From Opitutales bacterium (GTDB lineage: Bacteria > Verrucomicrobiota > Verrucomicrobiia > Opitutales > JABSRG01): 19,475 nucleotides of DNA. Under the pieces are notes generated by a model. It ran no database searches. It was not told where the DNA came from and saw only the letters and a program-made list of their open reading frames with translations. The DNA lies in NCBI GenBank assembly GCA_049599475.1, contig JBMYOQ010000075.1, forward strand, positions 1-19,475. Reading direction: 5' to 3'. The position numbers and the translations under genes were made by a program. This document shows positions 9,824 through 18,197 of this stretch, one piece after another; the first letter of the stretch is position 1, and the number at the start of each line of letters is the position of its first letter.

Positions 9824-9907
9824 GATAGGCCGAACCCTATCGGTGAGCCGATCGAGGGTCTAACACAGGCTTAAGCGTTGCGGCTCACCGGGACGGTTCG
9901 CCCTACC
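9824..9907. repeat. GTAG-type REP doublet (REPIN-like), copy 3, between convergent genes
   Basis: GATAGGCCGAACCCTATCGGTGAGCCG (9824..9850), a 30-nt spacer, and CGGCTCACCGGGACGGTTCGCCCTACC (9881..9907) form an inverted pair. It is homologous to 54..138. Confidence 0.8.
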
Positions 9908-9960
9908 ATTCTTGTCTTTCGAGAGTAAATGCCTTATAGTGTTTCGAACGGAAGATCCAC

Positions 9961-12747
9961 CTATCTTGCGCCTTGTCCCATTTCGTAGGTGAAGGATTTT
10001 GCTACGCCGTTTGGGTTTTTACGGCGAAATTCTGGTGCTAGGAAAAATCCATCCACTTCCTTAACCGGATTCTTTGCCGAGAATCGCAGGGCGCTTCCCA
10101 ATACATTCGAACGCATTGCGATATAGGCCTGATCCCCCAGGCTCATGGATAAGTCGCGCTTGGGGATATTCCGGTTGAGGTTAATAAGGGCTACCTTGCC
10201 GGCATTTACGATATTATCCTGATCATAATATTGCTGATACGAAACATTGTACATTGCGAGGTACGAATCAGCGGTTCCGTGAAGGCTGAGCAAGCGGTGC
10301 CCACTTCCCCAGGTGCTTGTATTGAACATTGCTATCGAGTCATTACAGCCCTCGGCGACGTATATTGAACTCACGCTCGGGTCATCATCGAAATGTGTGA
10401 CAGTAATGAAGTGCGTATTCAAAAAGGTAAGATCGTTATTGGCATACATGTATAGACCGAATTTCGACCAATCACAGCCGCTATTCGCCAATATGCCGCT
10501 AGGGCCCACACCGCTGCGTTTTCCAGGCATCAAAGTAAAGGCTTGCTTCGCGCAGAATATAAAAGAGCCGTAGACCTCTAGATTCTTCGATCCCGCAAAT
10601 ACGAAGGCATTTGTGTTTGCCTTCATCCAATTATCAAGGGCTGCCTTGTATTTGGTCTCTTCGTCGAATTTGGAAGGCTTGTTGTCGTAATAGACCGTAT
10701 TCCAATACCAGCTATTGAAATGAACGTTGTCCAAAAACGCATTCTCAGACTCTCCGACAAGGACGCCGGTATCCAAAGGGGCTCCGTTGCAGTAACCGAT
10801 GTAAATATTGTTGGATGGAACTGTCTCGGAGTCGATAAAACGCCATGGATTAGAAGCCGTAACATGTTTTACATAGGAGTTTTCGCCCGCCATGCGAATG
10901 AGCCATCCATACTCTTCTAAAACCTCTCCAGAGGCCTCATCATATCTCTGTCCAGGATAGTGAAACAACAAGCCGTCAATCCCGGCATTCTCCTTAAGGA
11001 CGAAGGTTGCGAGATCTGGATTACCCTGAGCGTGCTCGACAAACAGGATCGGCCCCTTGGGCGTGCCTTCTGTTGAAAAGTGCGAGAAAAACTTAGAATG
11101 CTGCCAAGATTGCAAACTTCCGCGCAGCTCCACGTTCGCTTTTACCTCGATTGCCGAACGTAAGGTATAGTGTCCTGGCATTACCACGACATAGCCGCCT
11201 CCCACTTGGCTAATTTGATCGATGGCAGCTTGAATACGCGGTGAATCGTCATGCGAATCGTCAATCGGACTCACATAGAGCGTTTCGTTTTGAGACGGGC
11301 GATAATCGTTTATTTTGTCTGTATCGTAACTATAATCAGGCGGCCGCACGTATCCAAATTGTTCACCCCCAAACTGCAATTTATCACCCGCTAAATTCTC
11401 GATCTGTGCCCTTCGTGAAAACTGCGAATCGGCCACGACAACGCTGTTTACCTTGGGCCCGACGTGGAGGTGTTTTTGCGAACCATAGAATTTGCTGTTC
11501 GCGATCATCAAGTTTCCACCCGTCCAATTAACCGTGCCTCCAAATTCACAAGCACTGAACTTGAGCGTAAACAGGTCGTTGGGCTCAGCGGCCCATTCTT
11601 GGGTGATCGCTGCAACGCCTCCTTCAATCAAAGTCTTCATGAACATCGCATTCTGACTCCGCCTGACCGGATTCTCTATATACAGGCCGCTGTGGGTTCC
11701 AGAGAGCGTTGAGCCATAGAATTGCGTGCCGTGATTTTTAGTATTCTGCAACCAGACCGCGTAGCGACACTCGCGTATATCAAAATTGATGTAATGCCCT
11801 TCGTTGTTAATAAAATGCTTCCCAACGTAATGGCCATCCGCGAGCTTCATACCGATATTGTAACCGCGAATCTTGATGTTCGCCAAAGCCGAGCCATCTG
11901 AGCGCCGGTAATAAATCCCAACGGCATTCTCTATCAGATAGTCCTTCAAAACTCGAAAATCTACGGGCTGATTATCGAGCCCCGCAGCCGCCCAATAATC
12001 CGGCCGAAAGTCGATATCAAGGAGACGCGGTATATCCGCATCACTCCAGACCTCGATCCCCGATGAAAGAGGTGTCCCATAAATGTTTTTCGCAAGCTGG
12101 ATGCACGTAGCGCGTTCGTTAATACCAAATTGGATGCCGGTATAAGCATTTACAAAAAAGACATTTCGCGTCGCTCCATTGATCGCCCATTCACCCCGAT
12201 TTCGCGCATGCCTGATAGTCGGAGCGTATTCCACCACCGTGCTAGCTCTTTGTTCAGGATACCAGAAGACGATGCCATCGATGAGACTGGAACCATCGAC
12301 CAGGACCAGGGGCTTTGCGTCTTTTGCCATACCCCGACCGTAATAAACACAGAAGATTGTGTTTAGCGCCGGATCCACAGGGTGCGCACCAGGAATCACG
12401 AAATCCCCCCGCAGCCCTACACCCGGCGGGACGCGGATGGCACGATTTAGGCGGTATTTGCCTGCCGGGAGATAAAGAGAGCCGCCACCCAGTTCAAAAA
12501 GCGCTTCGAGTGCCTCTGTGATCTTCGGAGATACATCGGTACGCCCCGTCCTGTCGATGGCCTCACCAATCAAGCTTTCAGCCGTCCAACCGTGTATGAT
12601 TCGATCGTGCGGATGATTGATTTCATACATGCTCATCTCCGCCAGAAGAACACTTCCGATTAAGATCAGTCCTCCAAGACTTACTCTCGTCAAGAGGACA
12701 CTCACGCGTTGGATAATCGTCTCGGCCTGGAATAAACTCTTACGCAT
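9961..12747 (-). CDS. Tandem right-handed beta-helix protein (pectate lyase 3 / GH55-like glycan-active enzyme), N-terminal hydrophobic anchor or signal
   Basis: Two beta-helix cap motifs (DVSPKITEAL...GGGSLYLPAGKYRL and DDSPRIQAAID...GGGYVVVMPGHYTL), each followed by similar IDGxxFxYPxQ and GxPL..G segments, plus Asn/Gly-rich coils. The ATG at 12747 is used; an in-frame TTG at 12759 is also possible. Confidence 0.75.
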   Translation of the reverse strand: MRKSLFQAETIIQRVSVLLTRVSLGGLILIGSVLLAEMSMYEINHPHDRIIHGWTAESLIGEAIDRTGRTDVSPKITEALEALFELGGGSLYLPAGKYRLNRAIRVPPGVGLRGDFVIPGAHPVDPALNTIFCVYYGRGMAKDAKPLVLVDGSSLIDGIVFWYPEQRASTVVEYAPTIRHARNRGEWAINGATRNVFFVNAYTGIQFGINERATCIQLAKNIYGTPLSSGIEVWSDADIPRLLDIDFRPDYWAAAGLDNQPVDFRVLKDYLIENAVGIYYRRSDGSALANIKIRGYNIGMKLADGHYVGKHFINNEGHYINFDIRECRYAVWLQNTKNHGTQFYGSTLSGTHSGLYIENPVRRSQNAMFMKTLIEGGVAAITQEWAAEPNDLFTLKFSACEFGGTVNWTGGNLMIANSKFYGSQKHLHVGPKVNSVVVADSQFSRRAQIENLAGDKLQFGGEQFGYVRPPDYSYDTDKINDYRPSQNETLYVSPIDDSHDDSPRIQAAIDQISQVGGGYVVVMPGHYTLRSAIEVKANVELRGSLQSWQHSKFFSHFSTEGTPKGPILFVEHAQGNPDLATFVLKENAGIDGLLFHYPGQRYDEASGEVLEEYGWLIRMAGENSYVKHVTASNPWRFIDSETVPSNNIYIGYCNGAPLDTGVLVGESENAFLDNVHFNSWYWNTVYYDNKPSKFDEETKYKAALDNWMKANTNAFVFAGSKNLEVYGSFIFCAKQAFTLMPGKRSGVGPSGILANSGCDWSKFGLYMYANNDLTFLNTHFITVTHFDDDPSVSSIYVAEGCNDSIAMFNTSTWGSGHRLLSLHGTADSYLAMYNVSYQQYYDQDNIVNAGKVALINLNRNIPKRDLSMSLGDQAYIAMRSNVLGSALRFSAKNPVKEVDGFFLAPEFRRKNPNGVAKSFTYEMGQGAR

Positions 12748-12800
12748 ATGTTTGTTCAAAATGTCGGGCTCGAATCCACTGACTGGATCGATCGCCTACA

Positions 12801-12812
12801 ATTGTTAACAAT
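12801..12812. promoter_or_regulatory. Perfect 12-bp palindrome ATTGTTAACAAT in a divergent promoter region; candidate operator
   Basis: Perfect palindrome about 55 nt upstream of the beta-helix gene. It shares its core with 3323..3336. Confidence 0.35.
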
Positions 12813-12974
12813 ATACTCAAGAAACAGTTTCAACAAAACTCGTTTCAACTCTTCTGAAACAGAAGCCGGAGTTGCTTAGCATTTATTACTCAATTGCGTG
12901 GACCCGTATCAATTTTGATATCTCAATTCCGCTAGGATTATCTCTAGCTCTTCGCGTAGCCTGACTCACCGGAT

Positions 12975-15900
12975 ATGAAAGATTTCTTGAAGCTCTTAAT
13001 ACGCCACCGACTGAAAACAACGTTCACGTGTTTGTTTCTACTCTACAACCTAGTGGGGTTTCTACTCGTCCCATGGCTGACGCGCGGGTTAATCCCTGCA
13101 TACATCTCTGATGGGTATCTAAACGGTCAGGTCTCAATCGAAAAGGCATCCGTAAACCCATACACCTTCACGATGACCGTCGAGGACGTGTCTCTTACGG
13201 ACGAAAAGGCAAACTCAGTCGCTACGGTCGAAAGCGCGACCTTCAATTTCGATCCCCTGAAATCGCTCTTCTCCTGGCGATTCTCGTTTAGCGACATTCA
13301 GGTGCTCGCAGCTAGTCTGGATGGAACATTGCTGGAAGATGGCTCGGTCTCCCTCGCTTATCTTTTGAAAGAGTCAGAAACGGAGGACACTTCAGCTCTC
13401 ACGCTTCCCCCCGTCGACGTAGAGAATTTCCAAGTCAGTGAAACGCAGCTTACTGTCACAGACGACTGGATGGGCGACGGATTTAAAGAAGAAATTGGCG
13501 ATATCCGCGTAAGCGCTCAAAATTTCAGCACGGCCCCTGAATCCGAAAACAGGATAAAGCTCTCTGCTCAAACGGGCAACGGCGCCCAGGCCAATTGGGA
13601 CGGGACGGTTCAATTCAACCCGCTCAGCTCTCGGGGCAACCTAAAGCTCGACGGATTTCGCTCTGATGCCTACGCCCCCTACTACCGCCAACTATTCGAC
13701 GCCGAACTATCGACCGAGGCGCTGAGCCTTTCTTTGGACTTTGTCTTCGCACCTGCCGACGAGGAGCCCCAAATCGCGATTTTCAACACCTATCTGGAAC
13801 AGTCCAACGTAAGCCTGAGCGAGCCTGAGGGCGGGCAAACCTTGATTGAGGCACAACGAATCGCGATGGACGGCATCGCTGTCGACTTCATCACAGGCAA
13901 GGCATCAATGGGGCAGTTAACAGTCGAGGGCGAACGCCTGTTTGCGGCACGCGAGGAGAATGAGGAAATCAACCTTATCCAGCATTTGCTGCCCACGGGG
14001 CTCCAAGAAAGCTTGTTATCAGACACAAAAACCCCTGCGGAAGCACAACAATCCAGCACCCCAGACATCGCAGCCTTGGAGGACGCCCCCAAGGACATTC
14101 TCTATGCTATCCAGAAAGCCATCATTCAGCTCCAGTCCATCATTGAACTCGCCTGGCAGTTTGAGATGGATCGAGTCGAAATAAATAATCAGGAAATCGA
14201 GCTGGTCGACCGCAGCTTGAGCACACCTGCTCTGCTCGTAATTGAATCTTTTGACTTACTGGTCACCGAACTGAGTAACCGGGAGGATGAAGATGCCCAG
14301 GTAGCGCTTTCACTCAATATTCGCGGAGGCGGGCGCGTTGAGGTCTCGGGCACTGTGACACCTGTTCCTACGACCATGCGTCTAGAATTCTCGGTGCGCG
14401 ATATAGACCTGAGTGTAGTGAGCCCCTACTTAAAGACCTTCAATGATACTGAATTAGAATCTGGGATATTCAGCACTGAAGGCACCCTGTTCGTCGACTT
14501 TGGGCCTTTTATTGAGAACAATGAACTCCCCGAACTAGAGATCTCCGGAGGTCTCGGGATCAAAAATTTCGCCTTCAATCACGAACAAGGCGAGACGAGG
14601 CAACGAATCCTCAGTTGGGAATCCATGGAAGCGGTCGATTATGCAGCGACCACCCAACCATCCCATCAGCTGAAACTTGGCGCCGTCCAGGTCACGGGCC
14701 CCTATGCCTACGTCGAAGTCTTGAGCGACGGCTCTCTGTCTCTGCAAAAACTCATTCCAGAGTCCGCACCTCCAGACCTGCAGACGACCGAACCGGAAAC
14801 AGAGGTCTCCGACGCTCCGCCCCTATACCTCCAGGAAATTCAATTACCCGTCTCGCTTGAGATTGCTACAGTCTCGATCGAAGAAGGTACCTTCGAGGTG
14901 CGGGATCAGTTCTACGGAGAAGGTTTTCACGCAAAGTGGGAGTCCCTCAGCGCCCGTATTGACAATTTAACGACACAAGACGACACTCCTATCAGTATAG
15001 ACGCCAAGGGACGCCAAGCGAATGGATCGGTATTTAATGCAAAAATCGACCTCCACAATCCCCTATTAATCGATCGCGAAATCGTCGCCGACTTCCAAAC
15101 AGAGGTTCTCGCATCGCCCTTCACACCCTATGCTGAGCGGGTCGTCGGCTTCCCAATCACAGAAGGTCATATCCTCGTCGATACACGATTCGAACTTTCA
15201 AAAGACGCCGTGAACGCTCGCGTAAAAATCGATATGAACCAATTCGAGCTCGGCGACAAAGCGGATGTTGAGGATGTGATGATCAAACTCCCCGTGAAAC
15301 TCGGGATTTCTCTCATGAAGGACCGCAATGGGAAGATCGACCTACCCGAGGTAAAAGTCGACGGCAGCCTAACAGACCCAGAATTCAATGTGGGTGAAAT
15401 TATCGGCGGCGTCTTCGTGAGGATGATCACCAACGCGGTCACGAAACCGTTCTCCTTTCTATCTAGCGCCTTCGGCTCGGATGATTCAGAAGACCTCGAG
15501 CAACTTATTTTCGAACCCGGAAGCCCAGAACTCCCCCTAGAACAAACCGAAAAACTCAAAATCCTAGCCGACGCTCTTTTCAACCGTCCCCAGTTGGCAT
15601 TATCAATCATAGGTTATGCGGATCCCGAAGCTGAAGCGCAGACAGTCCGCGAAAAGAGACTCGAAGCAGATCTAGCGAAATTTTTTGGTACACCCCAGTC
15701 CGACGCTCTAAAGATTCTATACTACGAACGCATGCCGGAAGCATTTGCAGCATATCAGGCAGAGAATACACCGGTTGTAGAAACAGAGATAAGCTCTGCC
15801 GAAACAATGGCACCTGAAGAACAGTCAGAGGCACCCGTAGAAATCAGCGAAGAGCCCCAATCCACAGAAAGCCCAAAGAAAAAATCCTGGGGACTCTTCA

Positions 15901-16307
15901 GCTTCATCGGCGACATTTTTGGAAGCGAATCCGAAGCCGAGACCAATGTAGCCGAAAACACTACAGAAGTTGAAATTCCAAAGACGCCTGACTCGCCGGA
16001 AGAAATGCCCGAAGTCGCGGAGGTTACCAAAAATCCCGAAAAATTATTACCAGCCCAAGAAAAACATATAGCTCTTACGGACCCGACTTTTCTGTTTCCA
16101 GAAGCTGGCGTAATGAAAACGGCCCTCTTAGAGCAGATTGAAATATCTGCAACCTATTGGACCGACCTAGCCCAAACGCGAAGTGAAGTCGTTCAACAAG
16201 CCCTCCTCTCCCTCAAAGAGCTCCCAGAGGCTCGATTGGTCATTGCCAACCCGCAGTCAGACGAAAGCACAGAACCGTTTGTCGGCGTGCGCTTCGACTT
16301 GAAGTGA
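12975..16307 (+). CDS. DUF748 (AsmA-like superfamily) envelope protein with OmpA-like C-terminal region
   Basis: N-terminal TM (LYNLVGFLLVPW), VNPYTFT, and repeated beta-rich DUF748-like units. Typical C-terminal segment LPVKLGISLMKDRNGKIDL...GSLTDPEF...PFSFL...FEPGS...LADALFNRPQLALSIIG. Confidence 0.88.
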   Translation: MKDFLKLLIRHRLKTTFTCLFLLYNLVGFLLVPWLTRGLIPAYISDGYLNGQVSIEKASVNPYTFTMTVEDVSLTDEKANSVATVESATFNFDPLKSLFSWRFSFSDIQVLAASLDGTLLEDGSVSLAYLLKESETEDTSALTLPPVDVENFQVSETQLTVTDDWMGDGFKEEIGDIRVSAQNFSTAPESENRIKLSAQTGNGAQANWDGTVQFNPLSSRGNLKLDGFRSDAYAPYYRQLFDAELSTEALSLSLDFVFAPADEEPQIAIFNTYLEQSNVSLSEPEGGQTLIEAQRIAMDGIAVDFITGKASMGQLTVEGERLFAAREENEEINLIQHLLPTGLQESLLSDTKTPAEAQQSSTPDIAALEDAPKDILYAIQKAIIQLQSIIELAWQFEMDRVEINNQEIELVDRSLSTPALLVIESFDLLVTELSNREDEDAQVALSLNIRGGGRVEVSGTVTPVPTTMRLEFSVRDIDLSVVSPYLKTFNDTELESGIFSTEGTLFVDFGPFIENNELPELEISGGLGIKNFAFNHEQGETRQRILSWESMEAVDYAATTQPSHQLKLGAVQVTGPYAYVEVLSDGSLSLQKLIPESAPPDLQTTEPETEVSDAPPLYLQEIQLPVSLEIATVSIEEGTFEVRDQFYGEGFHAKWESLSARIDNLTTQDDTPISIDAKGRQANGSVFNAKIDLHNPLLIDREIVADFQTEVLASPFTPYAERVVGFPITEGHILVDTRFELSKDAVNARVKIDMNQFELGDKADVEDVMIKLPVKLGISLMKDRNGKIDLPEVKVDGSLTDPEFNVGEIIGGVFVRMITNAVTKPFSFLSSAFGSDDSEDLEQLIFEPGSPELPLEQTEKLKILADALFNRPQLALSIIGYADPEAEAQTVREKRLEADLAKFFGTPQSDALKILYYERMPEAFAAYQAENTPVVETEISSAETMAPEEQSEAPVEISEEPQSTESPKKKSWGLFSFIGDIFGSESEAETNVAENTTEVEIPKTPDSPEEMPEVAEVTKNPEKLLPAQEKHIALTDPTFLFPEAGVMKTALLEQIEISATYWTDLAQTRSEVVQQALLSLKELPEARLVIANPQSDESTEPFVGVRFDLK

Positions 16308-16448
16308 TTAGGCGCCAAAATCGCCTGAGCGGCAAATCAGAGTAGTTTTCATATTTTTTGGTAACACATATCCTTACCTAAGAAGGACCTACGTGCTCGC
16401 CCAAGAGAACCATTCGACAAGCAGAGGATATGCGTGTTGGTTTTACCT

Positions 16449-17093
16449 ATGAAAACCACTCTTCTCCTCGCTATTCTTTCAGCATGTTCGTTGGGCCTCA
16501 GCGGCCAAACCGTCAGTAACACAGTCGAAGTCCAACCCATCTCCGTGATCGTGCAATTTGATACGGATGCCCAGACTTCTTATCAGATTGAAGGTAGCCT
16601 CAATGGTGAGCTCTACTTTCCTGTGGGTGAGCCGGTCATTGGAACAGGCAGTCGGGTCAGTATCCCAGTCGAATCCAGCGTCGCTGCGGTTGCGTTTATT
16701 CGAGTGACCACGGACGCTGCGCCCGAGGTCACAAGCCCAATAAACACAAGTGTACTCCGTTTCTTAAACAACCAACCAGCGATGCCCGCGAGCCGCGAAT
16801 ATTTCAATGTTTTCGGGCAAAGGGATTTTAATATTTACTACGCGAATCCCAATCCCTGGGAGATGGAAGTCTACGTCGAAGCGCAAAACCTAGACCAAGT
16901 ATTCGACTCAAACATCTTCTTTCGCATTCGTAAAATCGGCGAAGAGACTCCGATCCTGATCGACGTAAACGAGCTCGATCAACCGTCCCAGGAACGCGGC
17001 TCGATCCGCGCCACAATCCCCGCAGGCTACGAATACCTAGTCGGCTTCTCCAATGGCCCAACTCAAAAACTAAGCTGGTTCGAGCTGCGGTAG
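16449..17093 (+). CDS. Secreted hypothetical protein
   Basis: The ATG at 16449 gives a signal peptide MKTTLLLAILSACSLGLSG; the product is a 214-aa beta-rich protein. Confidence 0.75.
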   Translation: MKTTLLLAILSACSLGLSGQTVSNTVEVQPISVIVQFDTDAQTSYQIEGSLNGELYFPVGEPVIGTGSRVSIPVESSVAAVAFIRVTTDAAPEVTSPINTSVLRFLNNQPAMPASREYFNVFGQRDFNIYYANPNPWEMEVYVEAQNLDQVFDSNIFFRIRKIGEETPILIDVNELDQPSQERGSIRATIPAGYEYLVGFSNGPTQKLSWFELR

Positions 17094-17116
17094 GCTTACA
17101 TACCAGATCAGCAACA

Positions 17117-17198
17117 GGGGCCAGTCTCAAAAAGATGACATGGGAGAGTATCTTTTGGGCTCCCCTTCAAGATAATCATGAAATCTTGGACTGCCCCC
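17117..17198. repeat. Cluster of GGGG-CAG-type inverted motifs between convergent genes
   Basis: GGGGCCAGTCTCAAAAAGAT (17117..17136) faces two inverted relatives, ATCTTTTGGGCTCCCC (17150..17165) and AATCTTGGACTGCCCCC (17182..17198). Confidence 0.5.
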
Positions 17199-17223
17199 TT
17201 TTTTAGCGTGGTAACAACAGGAT

Positions 17224-17886
17224 TTACTCCTCGGATTGCACCTCAAGCTTTTTACCCGTGTACGGATTAAAGATAAAATCTCCCGGAAAGACGTCGCCCG
17301 ACTCAGGATCAATCTTCGGCGGCAATAGACTTGGGAGTGGGAGTTTCCACTCAAAGTCATCCCCAGTAAGGCTCACCGATATTGCACCTTCCGAGAAAGG
17401 ATCAGCCAGCAGTTTACTATTGTTTTTAGCAGGATAAACGAAGATTTCCATCCCAGCTCCCATCTGACCCAGCATCTGGGTGAATACTGGCTTAAGAATT
17501 ACGTTGAAGAGATTGTTTACGTCTGAGGGTAAATCACTCCCCTCGATCTGCTTTATCGGTGTTTCACCAATTTTAAATACTAGGCTCTCTTCAATCAGTT
17601 TTCGGCTCACGGGTGTGAAACCGCCCATAATACCTATAGTGGCATCGACAACGATTAAGGCCTGATAGTCTTCTAGAAGCGCATACATCTCTTCCTTCTG
17701 AGCTTCACTAATGCTTGGATTCGACGATAATGAAACCTTCCAATACTCCAATGGCACCCACCATACGAGTTTCATCGATTGAGCCTCACTCTTCATGCGC
17801 TGGGTGTCGGATATAAAGGCATCCACAGATACCCCGAACATTGATGTCGTAAACGTTAGAAGAGCGGCGAGAGCTAGAGATTTCAT
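17224..17886 (-). CDS. Secreted hypothetical protein with a Cys-less zinc-ribbon-like C-terminus
   Basis: 220-aa ORF with an AGGA Shine-Dalgarno-like site upstream and signal peptide MKSLALAALLTFTTSMFG. The C-terminus is WKLPLPSLLPPKIDPESG...FNPYTGKKL. Confidence 0.8.
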   Translation of the reverse strand: MKSLALAALLTFTTSMFGVSVDAFISDTQRMKSEAQSMKLVWWVPLEYWKVSLSSNPSISEAQKEEMYALLEDYQALIVVDATIGIMGGFTPVSRKLIEESLVFKIGETPIKQIEGSDLPSDVNNLFNVILKPVFTQMLGQMGAGMEIFVYPAKNNSKLLADPFSEGAISVSLTGDDFEWKLPLPSLLPPKIDPESGDVFPGDFIFNPYTGKKLEVQSEE

Positions 17887-17946
17887 TAATTCCTAAATTG
17901 AAGCGCTATCCGACTGAATGAAAGAAGATTCTCACGAAAAGATAGG

Positions 17947-17962
17947 AATCTTGGACTGCACC
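17947..17962. repeat. Direct repeat of 17182..17197 (AATCTTGGACTGCACC)
   Basis: 15/16 identical to AATCTTGGACTGCCCC at 17182. The pair brackets the 17224..17886 gene. Confidence 0.55.
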
Positions 17963-18197
17963 GTTTAGACTATACTGAAAAGATTTCGAAAAAGCGTAAG
18001 ATTCAGCAAATCGACGCGATTTCAGGGTCCCTAGCTTAGTCTCCAGCTAGGCGCAGAGCCTGGGAGATACAATTTCACAAAATTTTTGTGCAGGTTTTTA
18101 GATCGATAGGACAAGTGAAGGTCAGAAAGCCAATTAGTCCTATCTGGATATATACGGCATTTCATTAACCCCATAGAGTCTCACCGACTACTACAAT

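Noticed and set aside
12827..12849. GTTTCAAC direct repeat resembling CRISPR repeat ends
   Set aside because: These are two 8-mers 15 nt apart with no array structure.
16625..16633. GGTGAGCCG as a fourth REP copy
   Set aside because: Only 9 nt match. The flanks do not match and there is no partner arm.
17127..17360. 77-aa minus-strand ORF and the other short overlapping ORFs in the track
   Set aside because: They are shadow or antisense frames of well-supported genes or repeats, with no recognisable motifs.
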